Source of the DNA: Brevundimonas sp.
GTDB lineage: Bacteria; Pseudomonadota; Alphaproteobacteria; Caulobacterales; Caulobacteraceae
Length of the DNA: 64,000 nucleotides
Direction: 5' to 3'
NCBI RefSeq assembly: GCF_036676055.1
Contig: NZ_JAKFDS010000004.1
Location: 6,094 to 70,093 of the forward strand
Part shown: positions 17,351-24,629 of the stretch, in pieces
Layout of the letters: the number at the start of each line of letters is the position of its first letter
Position numbering within the stretch: the stretch's first letter is position 1
Program-made: the position numbers and the translations under genes
The notes under the pieces: generated by a model
Databases searched by the model: none
What the model was told of the DNA's origin: nothing
The model's input: the letters and a program-made list of their open reading frames with translations, nothing else

Positions 17351-17651
17351 GGGCGCTCCGGGCCTGGGCCGTGGACTGCGCGGTCGCCTGGACGACCGCC
17401 ACGGACTGTCTGTGATAATGTTCAAGGCGGCGGGCCTGGCCCGCGCTTCCTTCGGTTTCGAGCCGGCGGGCGTCAGCGTCCGCCTGCGCCGTCGACGCCC
17501 GCGTCTCCGCCGCCCTGAGACGCCGCCCGGAAAGGTCGAAAGGGTCCCAACGCAGGCCGAGCCCCCTTCCGAGGATCGCCGTCACGAGGACCGCCGCCAG
17601 CACCAGCGCCATCCAGCCGAGGGGGGGCGGCAGGCGAAGCAGGGCCTTCAC
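17196..17651 (-). CDS. i-spanin (Rz-like, N-terminal TM plus coiled-coil periplasmic domain)
   Basis: The GTG start at 17651 overlaps the endolysin stop (GTGA). The protein has a TM segment (WMALVLAAVLVTAIL) followed by an Ala/Arg/Gln-rich helical region. Confidence 0.6.
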   Translation of the reverse strand: MKALLRLPPPLGWMALVLAAVLVTAILGRGLGLRWDPFDLSGRRLRAAETRASTAQADADARRLETEGSAGQARRLEHYHRQSVAVVQATAQSTAQARSAHDASTPLDPARADRLLRHDGELCRLAPSVCDPAATGAAGGGDPTVRPRAPA

Positions 17652-18031
17652 GGGAACACCTTTCTGTCGAGCTCGAAATGCGGGCCATCCCGCAGGGTCG
17701 GCCAGTCGCCGCCCCACACGATGGCCGTCCCCTGGCGAACTGCGGCCGCCTTGAAGGCCGCCGCGATGCGAGGATAGAGCGGCCAGTCCCAACGCACCTG
17801 GCCGTCGACCAGCGCCGCTACATCGATGGCGTGTCCGGTCAGGTGCCGCGAGCGCCTCGTGCGGCTGGCGCCGGCGCGCACCAGGGCGGCCTGCCGCTGT
17901 GGCATGCGAAGCCCCTCGGTGATCATGAAGTCGACCGGGCTCAGCGCGATGGCCTCGTGCGCCAGGGCCGCCAGCCGCGGGTGCACGCCGGCGAGGCGCC
18001 TCAGCGACCGTTCCGAGAGACGGAAGGCCAT
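17648..18031 (-). CDS. Peptidase M15 (VanY/L-alanyl-D-glutamate peptidase-like) endolysin
   Basis: The 127-aa protein carries the zinc motif SRHLTGHAID (SxHxxGxAxD) and a C-terminal DGPHFE. Its start overlaps the holin stop (ATGA). Confidence 0.8.
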   Translation of the reverse strand: MAFRLSERSLRRLAGVHPRLAALAHEAIALSPVDFMITEGLRMPQRQAALVRAGASRTRRSRHLTGHAIDVAALVDGQVRWDWPLYPRIAAAFKAAAVRQGTAIVWGGDWPTLRDGPHFELDRKVFP

Positions 18032-18309
18032 CAGCCGCCCTCCCCGTCCAGCGGCGGCCGCAGCGAGCGCAGGCTGGCGATCAACTGCTGGGCCGTCGGG
18101 GCCACCAGGTACAGGATCATGGTCAGGGCCAGCAGCGACATCAGCCCCTTGGCCAGCGGCAGCGCCGCATCCGGCGGGGTCAGGTGGAGCAGCCGATCCA
18201 GCAGCAGCCAGGCCGCGCCGGTGCTGGCGAAGACATACAGCCGACGCCAGAGCCAGCGGCCTTCCGCCAGCGGCGACGGCGCAACCGGGGATTCGGTGTC
18301 CTTGATCAT
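18031..18309 (-). CDS. Holin-like small membrane protein (two TM segments)
   Basis: The 92-aa protein has hydrophobic segments LYVFASTGAAWLLLDRLL and GLMSLLALTMILYLVAP and a charged C-terminus. It lies immediately upstream of the endolysin. Confidence 0.55.
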   Translation of the reverse strand: MIKDTESPVAPSPLAEGRWLWRRLYVFASTGAAWLLLDRLLHLTPPDAALPLAKGLMSLLALTMILYLVAPTAQQLIASLRSLRPPLDGEGG

Positions 18310-18470
18310 CGGTCGTCCTCCTGATCGTCGGGAGGACGGCCGCCGGCGCGGCGATCCGCGCCCGCCTCGAGGTAGAGGTCGTCAGCGGACAGCCGGAACG
18401 GGACGTCCCAGGTCTCGAGTTCAAGCAGCGCGGGCGCAGCTTCGTCGCGGAGTCGGGTCATCGCGGTCAT
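18306..18470 (-). CDS. Small acidic protein (54 aa) of unknown function
   Basis: The sequence is MTAMTRLRDEAAPALLELETWDVPFRLSADDLYLEAGADRRAGGRPPDDQEDDR. It is bracketed by ATGA overlaps with the tail-fibre stop and the holin start. Confidence 0.45.
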   Translation of the reverse strand: MTAMTRLRDEAAPALLELETWDVPFRLSADDLYLEAGADRRAGGRPPDDQEDDR

Positions 18471-19948
18471 CCTTGGGCGATCAGCCAGACGCGGCCGTTC
18501 GCGCCGGCCCCGCCCGCCCCGCCGGCCGTCTCCCCGGCCCCGCCTCCGCCGCCGCCGCCGCCCGCGGCCCCTCCATCGCCGCCGTCGTGGCCCCCGCCGG
18601 ACGCCGACGCGCCCCCGCCGCCGCCGCCTCCTCCGGACCAATGGAGCGTCGGATGTGGCGCATTCACCCCGGAATCCCCGGCGGTGCCTGATCCACCCGG
18701 GCCGCCCACCGCTTTGAGCGTCAGCGCGCCGCCGTCTCCGCCGGCTCCGCCGGCGCGCGCCATCCCGGAGCCGTCGAGCCCGCCGCCGCCACCGCCCCCG
18801 CCCGGCGCTTCCGGGTGGTCGAGGGTCCCGCCCTCGCCCCCGGCGGCGGTGACGCTGGACCCGCCTCCGCCGTTGGAGTGTTGCGTCCCCGCGCCCGCCA
18901 CGCCCGCCACGCCGCTGACGGCGTCACCCGGACTACCCCCGCCGCCGCCCCTGGCGACAAGGAGGGCGGTCGTGCCCAGATGGACCGTCGAATCCCCGCC
19001 CGGGGCTCCCGTCCCGGCGACGCCGCCCGTCCCGCCGGCGCCGATGCTTACAGCGAGCCCGACGGCCAGGTCGTCAGCCGGCCAGATCGCCCGACTGACG
19101 CCGCCCGCGCCGCCGCCGCCGCCTCCGAAGCGGGACCCGGAAGCACCGAAAGCTCCTGCTCCGCCACCTCCGCCGCCGCCGACGACCACGGCTTCGATGG
19201 TCCTTGCCCACGCCGGAACGGCGTAGCTTCCGCTCTCCGTCATGGCCGTCACCGTCCGTCGGCCGGCGCCCCGATCGAAACTGATCCGTCCCGACGCGCG
19301 ATCGACGGACCAGACATCGCGCCAAGCCGAGCCGTCGGCGCTGACCTTCAGCCTCAGATCATCGTCGCCGATCAGCCCGAGCTCGGCCCGACCGCCCCAG
19401 CCGCTCTGGAACAGCAGCGACAGGACGTCGGCCGGCCCCTCCTTGTTGAAGGTCAGGCGCAGGTCGCCGTCGCCGCCCTCGCCCGCCCCGAGCGCTGTCC
19501 ACAGCGCCTTGTTGAGCCGCGCCGCGAACGGATTGGTCGCATCCGCCGTCGTGCCGACGCCGAGTCGGGTCAGGTTCTGGATCGCCTCCAGACGTTCCCC
19601 GAGCGGGACCCAGACGCCGCCGTGGCGCACCACAAGCTCGCCGGAGTCGAGCACAAGGGCGACAAGGCCATCCCCGGTCTGGATCTCGCTCCAGCCGCTG
19701 CCTTCGGCGCGGAGCAGCGCCCCCTCGGATCGACCGGACCAGGCGGGGCCGACCGCGCCGGCGGGCAGAATAAACAGCACCCCGTCTGTCGGCGTGACCG
19801 GCTGGGTCGCCTCCGTGCGGCTGACGACGGCGGTCTGGACCAAAGCGTCCAGCCGGGTCAGGGCCTCGTTCAAGGTCACATGCTTCTGCATCTGGCCGGC
19901 TGCCAGATAGGGAAGGCCGAGGCGGGCGCTGTGGTCGTCGCTCATCAC
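18467..19948 (-). CDS. DUF2793 domain protein with C-terminal glycine-rich domain (phage tail-fibre-like)
   Basis: The N-terminus ARLGLPYLAAGQMQKHVTLNEALTRLDALV matches the DUF2793 signature as I recall it. The C-terminus has YAVPAWARTIEAVVVGGGGGGGAG followed by long Gly runs, typical of phage glycine-rich tail-fibre domains. Confidence 0.7.
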   Translation of the reverse strand: MMSDDHSARLGLPYLAAGQMQKHVTLNEALTRLDALVQTAVVSRTEATQPVTPTDGVLFILPAGAVGPAWSGRSEGALLRAEGSGWSEIQTGDGLVALVLDSGELVVRHGGVWVPLGERLEAIQNLTRLGVGTTADATNPFAARLNKALWTALGAGEGGDGDLRLTFNKEGPADVLSLLFQSGWGGRAELGLIGDDDLRLKVSADGSAWRDVWSVDRASGRISFDRGAGRRTVTAMTESGSYAVPAWARTIEAVVVGGGGGGGAGAFGASGSRFGGGGGGAGGVSRAIWPADDLAVGLAVSIGAGGTGGVAGTGAPGGDSTVHLGTTALLVARGGGGGSPGDAVSGVAGVAGAGTQHSNGGGGSSVTAAGGEGGTLDHPEAPGGGGGGGGLDGSGMARAGGAGGDGGALTLKAVGGPGGSGTAGDSGVNAPHPTLHWSGGGGGGGGASASGGGHDGGDGGAAGGGGGGGGAGETAGGAGGAGANGRVWLIAQG

Positions 19949-19950
19949 AA

Positions 19951-19973
19951 ATCTCCGGAAAACTGTCGGAGAT
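19951..19973 (-). promoter_or_regulatory. Hairpin sequestering the Shine-Dalgarno sequence of the tail-fibre-like gene
   Basis: A 7-bp stem, ATCTCCG (19951-19957) / CGGAGAT (19967-19973), has a 9-nt loop. On the mRNA, the arm proximal to the ATG (19948) contains GGAG. Confidence 0.35.
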
Positions 19974-20102
19974 CAGTGTGCGGCTGTCCGGCCCTACGGC
20001 GCGCTCAGGACGCTGACCGGAGCACGATGTCGTTGTGGATCATGATGTTAGTCGGAAAAATTAGGATGGCGGCACATTAACTGCCAGCAGTCGGAAACAC
20101 CG

Positions 20103-20588
20103 TTAGTCGTGCAGATAGACGACGCGACGCAGCCCGCCCTTGCTTCGCATTTCGGCGACATGACGCTCGTGATCGCCCGAGGCGCGCGCTTCCCGCTCGC
20201 TGGCTTCGACCCAGTGAGTGGTCTCGATGTCCTTCTGCAGCGCCTTGGCCGCCATCAGGTGGCCCGGGAACAGCACATCGACGACGCTGGGCACGAAATC
20301 GAGGAACGGAACCTCACCGACAAGGGTGGTGACGCTGTCGAGACCCAGATAGGCCGCCATTCGCGCCAGCGTGCCGGGCGACGCCTTCACCCTTGTAGCC
20401 TGCACGAGCAGCCAGGCCGCCGCGCCTACCGAGTAGGCCGTGCCGACGACCGGAATCCAGGTCAGCAGCCCGTCCAGTCCGATGCCGAAGGGACCTATCC
20501 CGATAGTCCGGTCGGAGAGCTTTTTCACGCCCTCGACATTGGTCCAGATTTTCTCGATATCGCCGATGGTCCGTCTGGCCATGCCCAC
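20103..20588 (-). CDS. DUF4112 domain-containing membrane protein
   Basis: The motif GIGPFGIGLDGLLTWIPVVGTAYS...VPFLDFVPSVVDVLFPGH is typical of DUF4112 (from memory). Confidence 0.7.
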   Translation of the reverse strand: MGMARRTIGDIEKIWTNVEGVKKLSDRTIGIGPFGIGLDGLLTWIPVVGTAYSVGAAAWLLVQATRVKASPGTLARMAAYLGLDSVTTLVGEVPFLDFVPSVVDVLFPGHLMAAKALQKDIETTHWVEASEREARASGDHERHVAEMRSKGGLRRVVYLHD

Positions 20589-20614
20589 CCTCCAAAGCGA
20601 GACAGTAACGCGCC

Positions 20615-21613
20615 ATGACGCCCCCCGTTCACCCGATAAGGCAAGGCCAGCGCTTACGGCCGGCGCAGTGGGCGCCGAGCGGCCCGCTGGACGCCCTGAT
20701 CCGACTGGCCCTGACCGCGCCGTTGGGCCTGGCGCTCGTCGCCCTGAGCGGAATCGGGCACCGGTGGTTCGACATCCTGGCCCAGTTCACCGTCCCCGCA
20801 CTGGCGGCGACGGCGGCCGCAACAGCCGTGCTGGCTCTGACGCGGTTGAGGATGGCGGCGCTGCACGGACTGGCGGCCTGCGCCGCCCTGCTGATCGCCG
20901 TGGCCCCCCAATGGTTTCCGGACGGACCTCCACCCGAACCGGGCGCGCCGACCGTGCGGCTCTACTCCGCCAATCTCTACTATCTGAACAACGACGTCGC
21001 CGCGATCCGGGCCTCAATAGAAGCGGCCGACGCGGACGTGGTGGTGCTGATCGAGCTCGGGCATGCCGCCACCGCCCGGATCGACGAGGTGCTGGAAGGC
21101 TACCCCCATCGCGCCACCTCGATGCGAATGGACCAGACGCGCGGCCCGTCACGGTCGGTGATCGGCTCGCGTTTTCCCCTGACGGCCCTGGACGACCCGC
21201 CGGACGGCCTGCACGCCGTCGCGGCCGTGGCCAGGACTCCGTTGGGCCGGCTGAATATCGTCGGCGTCCACCTGACCCGGCCGTGGCCCTTCCAGGAACA
21301 GTGGGGGCAGATCAGCCAGACCATGGCTCTGCAGGAGGTGGTCGAAAACCTGGACGGTCCGGTCGTCGTGTCGGGGGACTTCAACAGCGTGTCGAGCGCC
21401 CGGATCGGAAAACAGATTCGGCGGGAGCTCGGCCTGCACCCGGCGCCCGGCTTCCCCGGGACATGGCCCGCAAAGGCGCCCGCGCCTGTCAGCCTGACCA
21501 TCGATCAGGTCTACGCCTCCCCCGGACTCGCATTCGAGAGCCGACGGCTGGGCCAGCCGACCGGCTCGGACCATCGCCCGGTGGTCACGGAGTTCACCCG
21601 CGCCGCGCGCTGA
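20615..21613 (+). CDS. Endonuclease/exonuclease/phosphatase (EEP) family protein with N-terminal membrane segments
   Basis: It has N-terminal hydrophobic helices followed by EEP motifs (VVVLIELG..., VSGDFNS..., GSDHRPV). Confidence 0.75.
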   Translation: MTPPVHPIRQGQRLRPAQWAPSGPLDALIRLALTAPLGLALVALSGIGHRWFDILAQFTVPALAATAAATAVLALTRLRMAALHGLAACAALLIAVAPQWFPDGPPPEPGAPTVRLYSANLYYLNNDVAAIRASIEAADADVVVLIELGHAATARIDEVLEGYPHRATSMRMDQTRGPSRSVIGSRFPLTALDDPPDGLHAVAAVARTPLGRLNIVGVHLTRPWPFQEQWGQISQTMALQEVVENLDGPVVVSGDFNSVSSARIGKQIRRELGLHPAPGFPGTWPAKAPAPVSLTIDQVYASPGLAFESRRLGQPTGSDHRPVVTEFTRAAR

Positions 21614-22814
21614 CGAGGGCGGCCAGCCGCTCGGCGTGACCGGCGACGGGGAAGTCTTCGGCGATCCAGCCGGCCTCGAAGGCCTTCAGCAGGCGGCCGG
21701 TCTCCGGGCCGGGCGCGACCCCGAGGCGCGCCAGATCGCGGCCCCCGACCGGCAGCGAGGGACGGGTCCATCCATCAGCCAGCTTCAGCAGGTGGCGGGC
21801 CTCATCCGCTTGGTCAGGCGCCTCGGCCCAGCGCCAGCGGATCGCGTCAGAAACGGCTTGGGCGTTGTGACGATAGAGCGCCGCGCGGGCCTCTCTGTCA
21901 CCCATCCCCAAGCCGACGCCCGGGAGGGCCTGGACCGCGAAGGCGAGCCGGTCGCGGACGGCGTTGGAGAGACGCAGCCGCGCCGCCGCCTGCCGGATTA
22001 CCGCCTCGTCGGGCGGAAGCAGCACCATCAGCCGCGCCACAGGATCAGCCCCCTGCTCAACAGCGGCGTCGAACAGTGAGCTCAGCCGCCCCTCCGGAAG
22101 CACCCGGGACAGGACGCCGGCCGCGTCCATGGCGGCCACGGCGGCGCGGGGGTCCGGGGCGGACAGCAACTTCATCAGCTCGCTGGAGACCCGTTCGGCC
22201 GACAGGCGCGTCATGCCGTCGGCAAGGGCCCTGCAGGCAGCGAGCGCCGCCGCGTCGGGCGCGCCGCGTCCGTACCAGGCGTGGAATCGGAAAAAGCGCA
22301 GGATGCGCAGGAAATCCTCGCGAATGCGGGTCTCAGGGTCGCCGACGAAGACGATCCGACCCGCCAGCGCGTCGGCGATCCCTTCGCCGGTGGGATCGAA
22401 GACCTGACCGTCCGCGTCGGCGTAGAGGGCGTTGAGGCGGAAGTCGCGGCGCGCGGCGTCCTCGGCCCAGTCGTCGGTGAAGGCCACCGTGGCGTTTCGG
22501 CCGTCGGTCGAGACGTCGCGCCGCAGGGTGGTGATCTCGAACGGCCTGCGCTCGGCGACGGCGGTGACGGTGCCGTGGGCGATGCCGGTCGGAACCGACT
22601 TCAGGCCGGCGGCGCGGATGGCCCCGTCTGTCTGTTCCGGCGTCAGGGTGGTGGCGATGTCGATGTCGGCGACCGGCTGGCCGATCAGGGCGTTGCGGAC
22701 GCAGCCGCCGACGAAGCGGGCGCAGCCGGGGCCGCCGAAGGCCTCCAGGGCGGCCATCACCGCGCGGGTCGAGGATGCGGTCAACCAAGGCTGCTCGGGG
22801 ATGCGGACCGTCAT
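21594..22814 (-). CDS. cca: CCA tRNA nucleotidyltransferase
   Basis: The PolyA_pol head motif GGCVRNALIG..DIDIAT and RRDFRLNALY are present. Confidence 0.85.
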   Translation of the reverse strand: MTVRIPEQPWLTASSTRAVMAALEAFGGPGCARFVGGCVRNALIGQPVADIDIATTLTPEQTDGAIRAAGLKSVPTGIAHGTVTAVAERRPFEITTLRRDVSTDGRNATVAFTDDWAEDAARRDFRLNALYADADGQVFDPTGEGIADALAGRIVFVGDPETRIREDFLRILRFFRFHAWYGRGAPDAAALAACRALADGMTRLSAERVSSELMKLLSAPDPRAAVAAMDAAGVLSRVLPEGRLSSLFDAAVEQGADPVARLMVLLPPDEAVIRQAAARLRLSNAVRDRLAFAVQALPGVGLGMGDREARAALYRHNAQAVSDAIRWRWAEAPDQADEARHLLKLADGWTRPSLPVGGRDLARLGVAPGPETGRLLKAFEAGWIAEDFPVAGHAERLAALVSARRG

Positions 22815-23473
22815 GCGGCGTCCTCATCGACGGCGGCGGCCGCCTCCGCCTCGTCGCCATACAGCCGCACGCGCAGGGCCCGGACGATGGCGGCGGTGGC
22901 GCCCCAGATGTAGCGTTCGCGGTACGGCATGGCCCAGAACCAGCGTCGCGGACCGGCGTCGGGATCATGGAAGTCCCGGCGATGGTTGGCCGGGTCCATC
23001 AGGAAGTCCCACGGAGCCTCGAACACCTCGGCGACCTCGTCGGGAGATGGGGACACCACCGGCGGCTCCGCCAGCCAGCCCACCACCGGCGTGACCATGA
23101 AGCCTGTGACCGTCTCATAGCCGTCGCCGACACCCAGCACCTCAACGGCGCCGGGATCCAGCGACACTTCCTCCCAAGCCTCGCGCACGGCGGCCTGGGC
23201 GGCGGTTTCGCCGGGGTCGAGCCGCCCGCCGGGGAAGGCGATCTGGCCTGTATGGCTGGCGAGGCTGTCAGAGCGGCGGGTCAGCAGCACGGTCGCCCCC
23301 CCGGGCCGGGCGATGACCGGCACCAGCACAGCCGCGGGGCGCAGCGTCCGTCCCGGGCGCGGCGCGTCGGGATTGAGGTCGTAGTCCGACCGCCGGGGCG
23401 GGCTCCCCGGCGTCCACTCGGACACGGGCGCCAGCCTTTCGAGCAGCCGCTCTCGCAGGGAGACCAGACTCAT
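22811..23473 (-). CDS. CoA pyrophosphatase (NUDIX hydrolase)
   Basis: It has a NUDIX box (GQIAFPGGRLDPGETAAQAAVREAWEEV). ATGA coupling links it to cca. Confidence 0.8.
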   Translation of the reverse strand: MSLVSLRERLLERLAPVSEWTPGSPPRRSDYDLNPDAPRPGRTLRPAAVLVPVIARPGGATVLLTRRSDSLASHTGQIAFPGGRLDPGETAAQAAVREAWEEVSLDPGAVEVLGVGDGYETVTGFMVTPVVGWLAEPPVVSPSPDEVAEVFEAPWDFLMDPANHRRDFHDPDAGPRRWFWAMPYRERYIWGATAAIVRALRVRLYGDEAEAAAAVDEDAA

Positions 23474-24051
23474 TAGACGCCGGCTCCTGCCGGGCCGAGG
23501 GCGAATGCCGCATCACCGGAGCGGACCACCAGCCGGCTGTCCCGGACCTCCGCCTGCTCGACCAGCTCATAGAACACCGGCCGGACGATACGGGCCCACA
23601 GATCGGCGCGGACATGCAGGGCGGGCGCAGGTTCGCCGCTGACGGGATCTGTCTCGACCCGGATCGGGTGCCCGGAACCGGCTTCGACCACGTCGCCGAC
23701 GTCGGTCGTGAACGACAGCACGCCATCCGCCTCCATCACGGCCACGGCCCGGAACGGCAGATCCTCCACCTTGATCGAGAGCTTCTCGACCGGGGTCACC
23801 AGACAATAGCCGTCAGGGTCCTTGCGCAGCACCGTCGAGAACAGCCGCACCAGCTCCGGCCGGCCGATCGGCGAGTTCTCGTGCAGCCAGGTTCCGTCGC
23901 GTCGGATGACGATGTCGATGTCGCCGCAGTGGGCCGGGTTCCACAGGTGGACCGGCGGCAGGCCGCGCCCGCCCTCGCCGGATTCCGGGCCTCGGGTCGC
24001 CGCCTCGGCGATCGAGGCCAGTCCGGTCTTGCTGTCGGCGGGGACGGACAT
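23473..24051 (-). CDS. DUF1285 domain-containing protein
   Basis: The motif DIDIVIRRDGTWLHENSPIGRPELVRLFSTVLR is characteristic of DUF1285. Its stop overlaps the NUDIX start. Confidence 0.75.
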   Translation of the reverse strand: MSVPADSKTGLASIAEAATRGPESGEGGRGLPPVHLWNPAHCGDIDIVIRRDGTWLHENSPIGRPELVRLFSTVLRKDPDGYCLVTPVEKLSIKVEDLPFRAVAVMEADGVLSFTTDVGDVVEAGSGHPIRVETDPVSGEPAPALHVRADLWARIVRPVFYELVEQAEVRDSRLVVRSGDAAFALGPAGAGV

Positions 24052-24109
24052 GGATGCAGACTTAAGGCGCCCTGCGGCGCTGGCAATCCTCTATCCAGCC
24101 GGACTGCGC

Positions 24110-24607
24110 TCAGATGGCGGGCAGAACCATGCCGGCCGGCGGCGCTTCGCCCCGCCACAGGACCCGCCGCGCATCGACCGGACCGGGCAGGCGCACGTCG
24201 GGCGCGGCCACGAAGCCGAAGCGGCCGAAATACGGGGCGTCGCCGACCAGCAGCACGCCCTGTCCCTTCTCCACCGCCCAGGTCAGGCAGGCCTGCACCA
24301 GCTCGGCCCCCAGACCGGTCCGGCGATAATCGGCGGCGACGGCGATCGGGCCGAGGAACAGGGCGGGCGCTCCCCCGATGGTGATGGACCACAGGCGGAC
24401 GCAGCCGAGCACATCTCCCCCATCCCGCGCCACGAAGCCGGCCGCCACCGCCGCGCCTTCGCGCAGGCGTTCGGCCGTCTTCGCGAAGCGGCCCGGCCCG
24501 AAGGCGGCCAGCACCAGAGCCTCGACCGCATCGGCGTCGGCGGCGGTCTCCGCATCGATGTGCGGAGGAGGAGAAAGGACGGGCGTGGCGGTCATGGGCG
24601 CGCGCAC
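24110..24607 (-). CDS. GNAT family N-acetyltransferase
   Basis: It has an acetyl-CoA binding region (IAVAADYRRTGLGAELV). Confidence 0.7.
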   Translation of the reverse strand: MRAPMTATPVLSPPPHIDAETAADADAVEALVLAAFGPGRFAKTAERLREGAAVAAGFVARDGGDVLGCVRLWSITIGGAPALFLGPIAVAADYRRTGLGAELVQACLTWAVEKGQGVLLVGDAPYFGRFGFVAAPDVRLPGPVDARRVLWRGEAPPAGMVLPAI

Positions 24608-24629
24608 CTAAGGACCGCGCGCGAGGGAA

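Larger units (their letters stand above)
17030..19948 (-). mobile_element. Phage-derived tail-fibre plus lysis module (six genes, no structural, replication or integration genes)
   Basis: See the individual CDS entries. The tail-fibre, small ORF, holin, endolysin and i-spanin genes are joined by 4-nt overlaps at 18467-18470, 18306-18309, 18028-18031 and 17648-17651. Chromosomal genes flank both sides. Confidence 0.7.
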
